This document shows, piece by piece, positions 36,827 through 46,674 of a DNA stretch of 64,000 nucleotides (positions within the stretch are counted from its first letter, which is position 1; every line of letters begins with the position of its first letter). Below the pieces are notes generated by a model. The model had not been told where the DNA came from. It searched no databases and saw nothing but the letters and a program-made list of their open reading frames with translations. A program made the position numbers and the translations under genes. Source of the stretch: Syntrophales bacterium (GTDB taxonomy: Bacteria; Desulfobacterota; Syntrophia; Syntrophales; UBA2210); assembly GCA_023228425.1 (NCBI GenBank), contig JALOBE010000005.1, forward strand, positions 30,986 to 94,985, read 5' to 3'.

Positions 36827-38410
36827 TCAACCCTTGCGTCCCGCCCCCGCTTTCTTATTTTCCGGCTTTGAAAGGTTCCGCACGCGTCTCCCGTAAGGGA
36901 TGCCCAATTTTTTCAGTCTGCTTCGAAGCGTGCTGGGGTTGATTTTGAGTAACGCGGCCGCGCCTTCGGGTCCATGAATAACACCGTTTGTCATCTGAAG
37001 AGCCCGGCGGATGTAGTCGCCGGTCATTTGCTCGAGCCCCTGCATGCCCTCCGGCGCTTTCCGGAAATGTTCCGAAGTGGTACCATCTCTCCTGCTTCTG
37101 TCCAGAAAACGGAATTGCAGTGGAGCCTCGCGGTTCAAAATCATTTCCCGCTCCACAACATTTTCCAGTTCCCGCACATTGCCGGGCCACTCATAATTCA
37201 TGAGGCGGTCGATAACACCCGGTGCAAGTTCCGGCTTTTTTGACAATTTCAATTGCTGAACCTTGATATCTATGAAATTGTTTACGAATGCCGGTATATC
37301 CACCTTTCTCTCCCGCAAGGGCGGAATGTGGATGGGAAACATGTTTATTCGGAACCACAGGTCTTCCCTGAATAGGCCCTTCCTCACCATCTCCTCGAGA
37401 TTGCGGTGGGTAGCCGCGATGACCCGGATGTTCACGGAGATCGATTTCGAGCCTCCGACACGCTCAATGGTTTTGTCTTCGAGAACACGCAGTAACCGTG
37501 TCTGCGCATGGGCGGGCAAGTCTCCGATCTCGTCCAGGAAAATCGTTCCCTGGTCCGCCCGCTCGAACCGTCCGTACTTTTGCTCGACGGCGCCGGTGAA
37601 GGCGCCCCTTTCGTAGCCGAACAGTTCGCTGTCGATGAGCGTATCAGGGATGGCACCGCTATTTACAGCGATGAAAGGACCTTTGCGTCGGGGGGACAAA
37701 TTATGAATCGCGCCGGCCATGACACCCTTTCCCACCCCCGTTTCTCCGAGAAGCAGCACGGGACTTTCCAGGGGTGCGATAACGCTGATCATGTCCATGA
37801 CATTCTTCAGGCCGAAATCGGCGCCGATAATCTCATCGGGACACAGGTTCAGCAGATCCTTCTGAAGATACAGATTTTCTTCCCTGAGCAGCTCTTTAAG
37901 CCGGAGTGTCTCCTCGTGTTCGAGAGTGTTGGAAAGAGCGACGGCAAAGGCCTCGTTCAAAGGAGCAAGCCAACGCATATGCTGTTGTGTGTACCGGTCC
38001 GGACCCTTTGCCACAAGGGCGAGGGTGCCGAGCCTCTTTTTTTCAATGATCAGGCGCATAAAAATGATTGACGCATCGGACAGGTCCAGGGATGTCGTGA
38101 GTTGGTTATTTATGGGATCGTCTTTGGACCTGTTGATGATCCTGATATGCGGCATGTCGGGATTATCCATGGCCGCCCTGACTTCCGGTGTCAGCGGGGT
38201 CACCGTGCTGAGACGTCTGCTCGTAGAAGCCGTTGCAAGGGCTATGGTGTGTATTACACCGAGATCCTGTTCGTACAGTAACAGTAACAGCCTGTCCAGG
38301 GGGAAGGAGGTCTGGACGAGGTAGTCGAAGGACCATCGCAAGACCGTTGTAATGTTCAGACTTCCGCAAATGCGCTTTACCATCTCTCGAAAAAACTCAT
38401 GCTCACCCAT
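36827..38410 (-). CDS. Sigma-54-dependent transcriptional activator with an N-terminal GAF-like sensor domain
   Basis: GETGVGKGVMAGAIH, ERGAFTGA, FLDEIGDL and a C-terminal HTH. The N-terminal ~190 aa is GAF-like. Confidence 0.9.
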   Translation of the reverse strand: MGEHEFFREMVKRICGSLNITTVLRWSFDYLVQTSFPLDRLLLLLYEQDLGVIHTIALATASTSRRLSTVTPLTPEVRAAMDNPDMPHIRIINRSKDDPINNQLTTSLDLSDASIIFMRLIIEKKRLGTLALVAKGPDRYTQQHMRWLAPLNEAFAVALSNTLEHEETLRLKELLREENLYLQKDLLNLCPDEIIGADFGLKNVMDMISVIAPLESPVLLLGETGVGKGVMAGAIHNLSPRRKGPFIAVNSGAIPDTLIDSELFGYERGAFTGAVEQKYGRFERADQGTIFLDEIGDLPAHAQTRLLRVLEDKTIERVGGSKSISVNIRVIAATHRNLEEMVRKGLFREDLWFRINMFPIHIPPLRERKVDIPAFVNNFIDIKVQQLKLSKKPELAPGVIDRLMNYEWPGNVRELENVVEREMILNREAPLQFRFLDRSRRDGTTSEHFRKAPEGMQGLEQMTGDYIRRALQMTNGVIHGPEGAAALLKINPSTLRSRLKKLGIPYGRRVRNLSKPENKKAGAGRKG

Positions 38411-38429
38411 AGTATCTGTTGCCTCGAAC

Positions 38430-38473
38430 TGCGATTTTTCGCAATGCTATACATTAAACTGCGATCTTTCGCA
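38430..38473. promoter_or_regulatory. Two TGCGA-N4-TCGCA palindromes, candidate enhancer sites
   Basis: AACTGCGATTTTTCGCAA (palindrome core 38430-43) and AACTGCGATCTTTCGCAA (core 38460-73), 30 bp apart, between the divergent activator gene and the 38602 operon. Confidence 0.6.
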
Positions 38474-38549
38474 AGAAAAAACGTCGTATGTCCCGGTCAG
38501 GAGGGCTTCAGGCCCTCGTAAATACTTGCTATTAATAACAACAATTAAT

Positions 38550-38565
38550 TGGCACACATTGTGTT
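38550..38565 (+). promoter_or_regulatory. Candidate sigma-54 promoter (good -24, weak -12)
   Basis: TGGCACACATTGTGTT. TGGCAC is perfect, but the -12 element reads GTGT instead of TTGC at the canonical spacing. Lies 37 nt upstream of ATG 38602, and an AT-rich stretch (possible IHF region) precedes it. Confidence 0.4.
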
Positions 38566-38601
38566 AGGTAAAAGGTAGCGACACAGGAGAGGGTAGCAGC
38601 T

Positions 38602-38877
38602 ATGCAGTGGATGGAGACCATCAGGTTACGGGTTGCCGGGGGTGATTGCCGGGAATTGGAAGAGACCCTCCAGCGGATTGCGGAAGACACGATGGATGGA
38701 AAGGTGGCGGAAATAAAGCTGTATCAACATGCTACGGTACGCAGTGACGGTATGATCGTTATCAAATGGGAGTCCGGCAATGTAGAACTTCAGGGAAGTG
38801 ACGCGGGACGGTGCATCACCCATCTCCTGAAATCTTCAGTCCTGGCTTCCCATGCCGTTTGGGTGGAAAAAGAATGA
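38602..38877 (+). CDS. Small cytoplasmic protein of unknown function (alpha+beta, ABM/Dabb-like guess)
   Basis: 91-aa ORF with SD GGAGAGGG. First gene after the sigma-54 promoter candidate. Confidence 0.5.
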   Translation: MQWMETIRLRVAGGDCRELEETLQRIAEDTMDGKVAEIKLYQHATVRSDGMIVIKWESGNVELQGSDAGRCITHLLKSSVLASHAVWVEKE

Positions 38878-39082
38878 ACCGTCCGTGGGAGGTGATCGCG
38901 GAATACGACGACAAACCCTGTGTGTGGGGTAGTCGACCCGAACCCCGGGGGCTCGCGACCCCTGTGATGCCTGCAGAGGCAGCGCGGGAGGGTAAGATAA
39001 ACAGTAACGATGAGGGATGAGGGGAGAAGAAAGGTCTCCGCCTCCTTCGTCACAGAGAGAATCAGAAGAGGAGTACAGAACA

Positions 39083-40162
39083 ATGAAACGAAGAGATTTT
39101 TTGAAAGGTTTTGCGGCTACAGGAGCCGGTGTCGCCCTTTCCGGCGGAATCGTCGGAATGTCGACGGCCCATGCCCAGAAAGGGCGGGGTAAAGCGGAGG
39201 ACTTCGGGGAAATCAAAAGCCTCAAGGTACATTGCATCTCCGAAACGAGCTGGTTCGATAACGCCACACTTGGCCGTGATATCAAGAATGCCGGTGGAAT
39301 TAACTCAAACCAGTACGATGTTTCTTATGACGAGGAAAACCTTGGCGGCTATGCTGCCCTCGTGGAAGTGGAGGCCCTTGACGGCACCAAAACGAAATAT
39401 CTTCTGGACTCCGGCTGGAGCCGGGACTGGATGGATTATGTCTTTGCTAAAGACGGAATCGATACAATGTTGAAAAACAAGGAAATCGATACCTTGATCA
39501 TTTCGCACGACCATATCGACCACTACTTCGGTCTCGAAAGCACCCTGAAACATCAACCGGATATCAAAATTTACTTTCCCGGAACGTCCATGAAGAAAAG
39601 CTTCGAGCTTCTCAAGGGAGCCGATTTTTCTTCAACACCGGGCTGCCCGAAGAATACAGTGCCTCATACGGGTGAGCTCATTGTGACCGAGGAAAACAAG
39701 CTGTACAAGTTGCAGGATGGAGTGGCGATTGTGTTTTTCGACTGTCCCGCGACGCTCCAGGTAAGAGGCGAGAACGTCATGTACTTCAAGATTAAAGACA
39801 AGGGCTACGTGACAGTGACCGGTTGCTGCCATCCGGGTATTCTCACGCTCTTCAACTATTCGCGGAGAAACTTCAAGGATGGCGACAAGAACTACGGATG
39901 TTACGGCGGGTTGCACATATCGCCCTTTGAAGACTGGGATCCCCGCATGGACGACCTGATTCAGGGTCTGAAAGCCATGAAGATGACAAAGATCGGCTGT
40001 AACCACTGTACCGGGTGGATTTGGGCTGAAAAGGCCGCCCGTGAAGGTCTTGCCATCGTCGAGGGGACCGACAAGAACCTGTCGTACAAGAAGGTGGGTA
40101 CCCTCGCTCGAGCGAAGACGTCCAATGTCTACTTGGGAAATGGTGATGACATTGTGTTTTAG
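39083..40162 (+). CDS. Tat-exported MBL-fold metallo-hydrolase (COG1237-like)
   Basis: Twin-arginine signal MKRRDFLKGFAATGAGVAL...AHA. HDHIDHYFG (HxHxDH), VTGCCHPGI and NHCTG motifs. ATG 39083 is preferred to the track start 39017. Confidence 0.8.
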   Translation: MKRRDFLKGFAATGAGVALSGGIVGMSTAHAQKGRGKAEDFGEIKSLKVHCISETSWFDNATLGRDIKNAGGINSNQYDVSYDEENLGGYAALVEVEALDGTKTKYLLDSGWSRDWMDYVFAKDGIDTMLKNKEIDTLIISHDHIDHYFGLESTLKHQPDIKIYFPGTSMKKSFELLKGADFSSTPGCPKNTVPHTGELIVTEENKLYKLQDGVAIVFFDCPATLQVRGENVMYFKIKDKGYVTVTGCCHPGILTLFNYSRRNFKDGDKNYGCYGGLHISPFEDWDPRMDDLIQGLKAMKMTKIGCNHCTGWIWAEKAAREGLAIVEGTDKNLSYKKVGTLARAKTSNVYLGNGDDIVF

Positions 40163-40299
40163 ACAGAATCAAGGCGGTGCTTGTTCGCTCTTGAACAGGC
40201 GGGTGGCGGATAGGCCGGTCCTGATGCGGCCGGTATCCGCCTTCCCGGCGGATCTCTTCGACAGATCCGGAGCCGGAAGATAGCTACTGGGGGTATGTC

Positions 40300-41547
40300 A
40301 TGAATAACGTAAAAGATAACAATAACTGGATTGAATCGCGTGTTCTCGCTCCGCGATGGTCCGTCGGCATGTCAGGCTTGGCCTGCCTGGTTTTCCAGAT
40401 TGTGGCGATCTTCGTCATCTGGTGGATCTTTTTCTCCAATGCGGGAATATTCAAGCTTTATACGCCATTACTTGGTTTTTCACTGGTGGTCTGGACGCTT
40501 CTTATAATTCTCTGGCAGGTGGAACTTTTTGACTTCTGGCCCTTCAGGCGCAGTTTCCTGGATAATGCCAACCCCATAGGGAAAGGACTGGCGCTTTCCC
40601 TGACGACAATTGTCGTATATCTTGTATTGGTTATGGGGGTTGTGTTTTTGCTGATAGGCAATCTGGGTGTGACATATTTCAACTGGAGCAGTCTGACCCA
40701 GTATGGAGAATTCGGTCAGGATCTGACATCCGCCAGGGAAACAGCTTCCTGGGCGATGCTCTCTCTCTCCGTTCCTTTTTTCCTCATCAGCACGTGGTTT
40801 ATGTTCGGTATCGGAAAAGATCTCTTTCCCGAATTAAAACAACCAAGGAGGGGTATCGCGATGTGGTGCATGATCGCCGTCATAAGCGTCATACTGTACG
40901 CGATTTTCTTTCATCCCCACATTGGTTCCATGTTTTATCCCCAGCAGATATACACCGCCGTTCCACCCTGGTGGCAGGGGATAGCGCACACAAGGAGCGC
41001 TGAATTCAGTCTCGGCATCCTGTTTCTGTCCGTGGTGGCGGTATTTCTCACGATCCACCTCTGGGACGGCCGGCCCTTTACTCTCGTGTCGCGACAGCCG
41101 TGGCGGTTTATCTTTCTTGCGGTGGGAAGTCTTGTGCTGGGTTATGTCATATTCCGGATACAGCTGTATATTTTCGACTACCTCTGGTACGAGGCCTACA
41201 TAGGCGGGCAGAACGAGGCCAATTTCGGCTGGCGATACAGCCATACGGTTACCATGGCCAACTTTGTTCTTGTCGTGGCCATTCTGCAGAATACGCTCTT
41301 CGGCCAGGCCTACGCGAGGCTTTCCGGGGTCGTTCGAGGAATACTCAAAACGGTGGTTGCCGTTGTCGTAGGGCTTCTGTTTGCCTGGGCATACTACAGT
41401 TGGGGTCCTCAACTCCTCGGGGTTTCGTCGGGAGTCTCCCACCCCTCGGAAAACGCCGCGGCATTCCTTATCATGATTATCAACCTGCTCTTGATACAGG
41501 ATTTTTTCATGGATCGCTGGCCCGGGTACAGGAAGATACAACAATAA
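40300..41547 (+). CDS. Polytopic inner-membrane protein (~10 TM), no family recognised
   Basis: 415 aa with hydrophobic helices throughout, rich in W/F/Y. The antisense ORF 40834..41736 is a shadow. Confidence 0.7.
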   Translation: MNNVKDNNNWIESRVLAPRWSVGMSGLACLVFQIVAIFVIWWIFFSNAGIFKLYTPLLGFSLVVWTLLIILWQVELFDFWPFRRSFLDNANPIGKGLALSLTTIVVYLVLVMGVVFLLIGNLGVTYFNWSSLTQYGEFGQDLTSARETASWAMLSLSVPFFLISTWFMFGIGKDLFPELKQPRRGIAMWCMIAVISVILYAIFFHPHIGSMFYPQQIYTAVPPWWQGIAHTRSAEFSLGILFLSVVAVFLTIHLWDGRPFTLVSRQPWRFIFLAVGSLVLGYVIFRIQLYIFDYLWYEAYIGGQNEANFGWRYSHTVTMANFVLVVAILQNTLFGQAYARLSGVVRGILKTVVAVVVGLLFAWAYYSWGPQLLGVSSGVSHPSENAAAFLIMIINLLLIQDFFMDRWPGYRKIQQ

Positions 41548-41622
41548 GACTTTTGCCGTTTCCGCGCCCCTCCCCGGGTGAAGGGCGCGGAAACGTTTTC
41601 TGAACGAGGTGGTGTGGTACCA

Positions 41623-42591
41623 ATGACTGTACGAGAACGATATGACCCTGTCGCGTCTGTGGAAACGTTGATCAACGAAGTGTTGCTCAACGCCTTCCGG
41701 AACGATGGGGTTCGGGAACACCTTGGCTTTAAGCATGTTTCACAGGTCGTATCCGATAACGGATTTCCGGGGTGGTACCTGTGGTTCAGAGACATGTCGG
41801 GTGCTTTTTCCCTTGAAATACCCGAGATGGACGAGATTCCCGCCGGTGATGACGACACAGGGATACCCGGTGTGACGGGAAAAAACAGGGAGGACGTACG
41901 GCTTGCCATACGGTATTTTCCGGACACCGAGGAAGATGTTTTCGACTCATTTTCCTGGTATGAGCAGATAGTCAGATGCGGCCCGGATTTTGACGACATG
42001 GGCGTACCCGTCTTTAAGGGCAGGCGTGCCGTGAAAGATGACTACTTCGTGGTGGGCCACATGTCTGTCTCAAGAAACGGTTCGGCAGGGGTCGTTGACT
42101 TCAGTTGTCAGGCTCCTGAAAGATGGCAGGTATATCGTTCGGACGGGCTTGAACTTGCGGATTCCAACGGAACGGTTGTCCAGGTGCTTTCGCCCGGGCA
42201 ACGGGACAGAAATGTTCCGGGATGGAATCTCAGCCGGTACTGTTTCGACAGAATCGTATCGGCATACAGTTTTCTTGTGTGCCGTCCGCCCTCGACGGTG
42301 GGCGCGTCCCTGGGGCCGTCGGTACGCTACATGATAGACAGTACCGACACGGTGAACGTCGAAAAAGGTCGGGAACTGAACTTCTTTTCACTCCTGGTTT
42401 CTTTCCGGCAGGGTGATCGGGTTCACGATGCCGAACGGCGCCTCATCCGTCAGGGCGGTATGATAGTAGGTCTGTGGGACGATGTGCGGACGGTTCCCCC
42501 TGACTGGAGCAATCCTTTGTGGCTGGATATTTCCGAACATTCATGCCGGCATGATGAGGGCTTGTTGTGTAATTGTTTTCGGGACCACTAG
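41623..42591 (+). CDS. Hypothetical cytoplasmic protein
   Basis: ORF 41578..42591. ATG 41623 has SD GAGGTGG upstream. No motif recognised. Confidence 0.55.
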   Translation: MTVRERYDPVASVETLINEVLLNAFRNDGVREHLGFKHVSQVVSDNGFPGWYLWFRDMSGAFSLEIPEMDEIPAGDDDTGIPGVTGKNREDVRLAIRYFPDTEEDVFDSFSWYEQIVRCGPDFDDMGVPVFKGRRAVKDDYFVVGHMSVSRNGSAGVVDFSCQAPERWQVYRSDGLELADSNGTVVQVLSPGQRDRNVPGWNLSRYCFDRIVSAYSFLVCRPPSTVGASLGPSVRYMIDSTDTVNVEKGRELNFFSLLVSFRQGDRVHDAERRLIRQGGMIVGLWDDVRTVPPDWSNPLWLDISEHSCRHDEGLLCNCFRDH

Positions 42592-42666
42592 GACCGTTTC
42601 GTGCTGTATTGTTCCCTTGCGGAAATAAAAGACATCGGAGGCGCTCGAGACTAAACAGGAGCTGAG

Positions 42667-42936
42667 ATGAAAAGGGTGGACCAATCAAGACGACGTTTTT
42701 TCAACGATTATTTTATCAAGAACACGATACGGGCCATTGTCGAATTTCATGAGACGTACAAAGAAACCCGCAATGATCTCGCCTATTTTGAATCCTTTGA
42801 GTCGGCCTATCCGCTCATTTCGGAGAGCTATTCCTTTCTGGAAGATGAGGCGAAGCGGCTGGATATCGATACCACCGGTATGTCGAAACTCGAAATTGTC
42901 AAAGAAATATATGATCGAAACAAAAAACGGTCCTGA
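42667..42936 (+). CDS. Small hypothetical protein
   Basis: 89-aa ORF with GGAG upstream. Last gene of the + strand run. Confidence 0.45.
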   Translation: MKRVDQSRRRFFNDYFIKNTIRAIVEFHETYKETRNDLAYFESFESAYPLISESYSFLEDEAKRLDIDTTGMSKLEIVKEIYDRNKKRS

Positions 42937-43143
42937 GACATCCACCGCACGGAGGTCCGGACCGTTTTCGAAACAGTGCCGATTGATGAGGGAAGACCCT
43001 GTCCGGCGGGTTGATCTTTGAGAACCGGGACGCAATGGTGAGCATCGATAGTGGATGAAGGTGCGAAGGTGCAGAGACGATAAAGAGTGTTTACCATTGA
43101 CCTCCGGGGCGGTTCTCGCTATATTCCCACTAATTCTGATTTC

Positions 43144-43290
43144 GACGGCTCCGTGAAAAATCACCGGAGGCATGATTTCCGGGACGAGAGTCGAATGCTT
43201 GATTACGCTCCCTCCTTCGTCACTTCGGCGTATCCCGAAGTACGCCTCATTATCGGCGCGTGAGGCATGGGGGCCATAACCGGTAACGGG
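43144..43290. repeat. MITE-like repeat, family 1
   Basis: GACGGCTCCGTGAAAAATCACCGGAGGCATGATTTCCGGG...GATTACGCTCCCTCCTTCGTCACTTCGGCGTATCCCGAAGTACGCCTCATT. The right end is degenerate. Confidence 0.65.
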
Positions 43291-43342
43291 TGTGTGATCT
43301 GTTGCACCGCAGTCACTGATTCACAAACAGGAGTCCGCTACG

Positions 43343-45502
43343 ATGGAATATTCGATCCCGAACAATCTTGATGCCATTTTTGCCCCGCAGTCGGTGGTGG
43401 TGGTCGGCGCTTCGACCACACCGGGGAAGGTGGGACATGACATCTTCGCCAATATCCTTCAGGGGGGCTTTACCGGAACCCTGTATCCGGTCAATCCCAC
43501 GGCCAAGTCCATTCTCAGCGTTCGAGCCTATCCAGCCATTCGGGAAATCCCCGATATGGTCGATCTTGCCATAATCGTCCTGTCTCCTCAGGGTACGCTG
43601 AAGGCGGTCGAAGAATCTGTGGAGCACGGCATCAAGGGCATCGTCATCGTATCCGCCGGTTTTCGCGAGGTGGGCGATGAGGGACGAAAGTTGGAGGACC
43701 GCATCGTGTCCATCTGTCGTGAAGCGGGAATCCGGCTTATCGGACCGAACTGCCTCGGAGTCATCAATCCCATCCCTGCCGTTCGCCTCAATGCCAGCTT
43801 TTCCTCTCACATGCCCGCCACGGGCAATATATCGTTTATATCCCAGAGTGGCGCCTTGTGTACCGCCGTTCTTGACTTTGCCGCCGACCGTGGGTTTGGT
43901 TTCTCTAAATTCGTTTCTATCGGCAACAAGGCCGATGTGGACGAACTGGATATTCTACGCTACCTTCATACCGATCCCGATACGGCGGTTATCATGCTCT
44001 ACGTGGAGGAACTGCGTAGAGGTACGGAGTTCATAGAAGTTGTTAAAGAGATCACCTCCGGAAGTCGTCCGACCCCGGTGCTTGTCGTCAAATCCGGCCG
44101 TACAGGGGCGGGGGCACAGGCCGCGAGTTCCCACACAGGGGCCCTGGCGGGTACTGAAACGGTTTACGAGGCGATCTTTAAGCAATCAGGGGTAATTCGC
44201 GCCGATACGGTGGACGAATTATTTGATTTCGCGAATGTTTTTTCCTACAAGCAAGAAAGTGCCCTGGGCAAGTTGCGGCGCAAGCTGCCGAACGGGAACC
44301 GTGTGGCCATTGTCACCAATGCCGGCGGGCCGGGAATCATTGCTACCGATGTGACCGTTTCGTCGGAGTTGGAACTTGCCGCATTTCAGGACGAAACCAT
44401 ACGGGAGCTGGCCAGGCACCTGCCCCGGACCGCGAATATCCACAATCCCGTGGACGTTATCGGAGATGCTACCCAGGACCGCTACGAAAGCGCCCTGCGG
44501 ACAGTCATCAACGATCCCGGGGTGGACGGAGCGCTGGTCATTCTAACCCCGCAGTCCATGACCAACGCTCTGGGAACGGCGGAAGCAGTGGTTCGTGTGG
44601 CACGACGGACCGGGAAGCCCATTCTCTGCTGTTTCATGGGAATCATCGATGTTTCCCCGGGAGTCAAGTTTCTTCAGGAACATGGCTATCCCGTATACAA
44701 GTTTCCTGAAAACACCGCAAAGGCATTCAGTGCCCTTTACAGATATGCCCACTGGCTCAATCGCCCCCAGTTACCGGAGCTCACCCTTGATCATGATCGG
44801 GAGAGGGCGCGCACAATAATCGAACGATGCGCCGCCCGGGGCCGAACCTATCTCGGAGAACTGGATGGCCTGGAGCTGCTTCAGTGCTATGGCTTTCAAA
44901 CCCTCCCGACACAATTGGCCGGAAATGAACAGGAAGCGGCGGACATTGCCGAAACCATAGGTTTCCCCGTGGTCATGAAGATCGTTTCCGACCAGATCAT
45001 ACACAAGTCAGACGCGGGCGGCGTTATGCTGAATCTCAACAGCAGGGAGGAAGCCGGGGATGCCTTCCGCGGGATTATAGCCAACGCCGGCAGATATGAT
45101 CCGGAAGCGCTGATTCAGGGCGTTCTGGTCCAGAAAATGGCTCCTGCCGGAGAAGAGGTAATCATAGGCATGAAGCGTAACGCCGTGGGTCCCCTGCTCA
45201 TGTTCGGTCTGGGAGGTGTTTTTGTTGAAGTTCTGGGGGATGTTGTTTTTCGGCTCGCGCCCATTGCCCGGAACGAGGCGCATCGCATGATCCGGGAGAT
45301 CCGGGGCTGGAAGTTGCTCCAGGGCTTCCGTGGCCGTCCCGTTGCAGATACCGATACCCTGGAACGGTTGATGATGTGTCTCTCCGACCTGGCGACGCAT
45401 CATCCTGAAATTGATGAGATGGATATCAATCCGCTGCTGCTGCACGCTCAGGGTCACGGGGCGACCGTGGCCGATTGTCGTATCATCTTGCGCTTCGACT
45501 GA
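43343..45502 (+). CDS. ADP-forming acetyl/acyl-CoA synthetase family protein (CoA-binding plus ATP-grasp)
   Basis: VVVVGASTTPGKVGH CoA-binding N terminus, succinyl-CoA-synthetase-like middle, ATP-grasp C terminus (FPVVMKIVSDQIIHKSDAGGV). Confidence 0.85.
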   Translation: MEYSIPNNLDAIFAPQSVVVVGASTTPGKVGHDIFANILQGGFTGTLYPVNPTAKSILSVRAYPAIREIPDMVDLAIIVLSPQGTLKAVEESVEHGIKGIVIVSAGFREVGDEGRKLEDRIVSICREAGIRLIGPNCLGVINPIPAVRLNASFSSHMPATGNISFISQSGALCTAVLDFAADRGFGFSKFVSIGNKADVDELDILRYLHTDPDTAVIMLYVEELRRGTEFIEVVKEITSGSRPTPVLVVKSGRTGAGAQAASSHTGALAGTETVYEAIFKQSGVIRADTVDELFDFANVFSYKQESALGKLRRKLPNGNRVAIVTNAGGPGIIATDVTVSSELELAAFQDETIRELARHLPRTANIHNPVDVIGDATQDRYESALRTVINDPGVDGALVILTPQSMTNALGTAEAVVRVARRTGKPILCCFMGIIDVSPGVKFLQEHGYPVYKFPENTAKAFSALYRYAHWLNRPQLPELTLDHDRERARTIIERCAARGRTYLGELDGLELLQCYGFQTLPTQLAGNEQEAADIAETIGFPVVMKIVSDQIIHKSDAGGVMLNLNSREEAGDAFRGIIANAGRYDPEALIQGVLVQKMAPAGEEVIIGMKRNAVGPLLMFGLGGVFVEVLGDVVFRLAPIARNEAHRMIREIRGWKLLQGFRGRPVADTDTLERLMMCLSDLATHHPEIDEMDINPLLLHAQGHGATVADCRIILRFD

Positions 45503-45746
45503 GAGGGCACGCCTTCGAGGGATCCTCATCGAGAGAGATGCAGGGCATCACGTAATTTACCTTGCAAGTAAGAGGGAAAATCTATAGCATGTGACCATTT
45601 CCGAAATGGAGGGCAGGCTGAACCTCTTCAGGTCCGTTCCAGGTTCAGAGATCTTCGGCTGTTCGAGAGCATGAGGCGGGGTCCGAAAAGCGCACGTTGT
45701 TGTCTCCCGGCAGCCGGTTCAGGGGAATTTCAGTGTGTTGACGTAT

Positions 45747-45856
45747 GAGACCTTTATTGGTCATTTCGAGGGGCATCACGACGAGAAATCCATGTCCCGA
45801 GCAAAGTGACGGGGGAGAGGTCGAAATGACACAACGGATAGTTTTTCAAAGACTTT
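45747..45856. repeat. MITE-like repeat, family 2 (short variant)
   Basis: GAGACCTTTATTGGTCATTTCGAGGGGCATCACGACGAGAAAT...GGTCGAAATGACAC. Confidence 0.6.
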
Positions 45857-45886
45857 GACGTATGCCGGAAGAAGGAGTGAAATAGT

Positions 45887-46591
45887 ATGAAAAGGTCATC
45901 CCTATCCAAAAAACCGTTCGAGAAGATCGTGGAAGAGCAGATCAACAGATGGCAGATTGAACAGAAGAAGAAGTACAAAAGCCCGATCCGTCCGGTAATT
46001 ACCATGTCCCGGTTAGCCGGTGCCGGGGGGAGTATAATCGCGCAAAAACTGGCAGAAAGTCTGAGTATAGATTTCTTTGATTCATCAATCGTGACAAAGA
46101 TCGCAGAGAACGCGAAGGTGAGCGAACAGGTTATCAAAACCCTCGATGAACAGGACCGGTCGATTTTTGATGAATGGCTTCAGGCTTTGGATGATCATCA
46201 CCTCTGGTCCTACGAATACCTGGATCACCTTGTAAAAGTGGTGAGCGCGATCGGTGCCCACGGCTACGCGATCATTGTCGGACGAGGCGCCAGCTTCATC
46301 CTGCCGCAGGAAGTATGTCTCCGTGTTCTCGTGATCGCGCCGCTTGAAAAGCGAGTAGATTCCTTCGCTCAGCAGTACGAGGTTTCAGAAAGCGAGGCGA
46401 AAAAGCAGATTGTCATGGCGGATTCTGCCAGGAGAGGCTTTATACGCAAGTACTTCAGCACGGACATGACCGATCCGATGCATTACGACTTGGTAATCAA
46501 CACGAAAAACCTCGATTTCGATGTGGCGGTAAACATCATAACAGAGGCTTTCAACTCGCGGCAGTGGTATAATTACAACCTGAAACGATAG
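45887..46591 (+). CDS. Cytidylate-kinase-like family P-loop protein
   Basis: ITMSRLAGAGGSIIAQKLAESL N terminus, typical of the Cytidylate_kin2-like family. Confidence 0.65.
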   Translation: MKRSSLSKKPFEKIVEEQINRWQIEQKKKYKSPIRPVITMSRLAGAGGSIIAQKLAESLSIDFFDSSIVTKIAENAKVSEQVIKTLDEQDRSIFDEWLQALDDHHLWSYEYLDHLVKVVSAIGAHGYAIIVGRGASFILPQEVCLRVLVIAPLEKRVDSFAQQYEVSESEAKKQIVMADSARRGFIRKYFSTDMTDPMHYDLVINTKNLDFDVAVNIITEAFNSRQWYNYNLKR

Positions 46592-46615
46592 GGTAGTGTG
46601 GCGGGACTTTCCGGT

Positions 46616-46659
46616 CGGTCAGGAAACAGGGCGAATCCTCTTTCCTGACCGGCTTTTTT
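46616..46659 (+). terminator. Rho-independent terminator between convergent genes
   Basis: 11-bp stem CGGTCAGGAAA/TTTCCTGACCG, 14-nt loop, then GCTTTTTTG. Confidence 0.75.
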
Positions 46660-46674
46660 GTGAGCGCGAGAGTG

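Noticed and set aside
40205-40243. Strong stem-loop (GCGGATAGGCCGG...CCGGTATCCGC) between the MBL gene and the membrane-protein gene
   Set aside because: It is not followed by a T-run. It may be an intercistronic stabiliser, but I cannot support a terminator or attenuator call.
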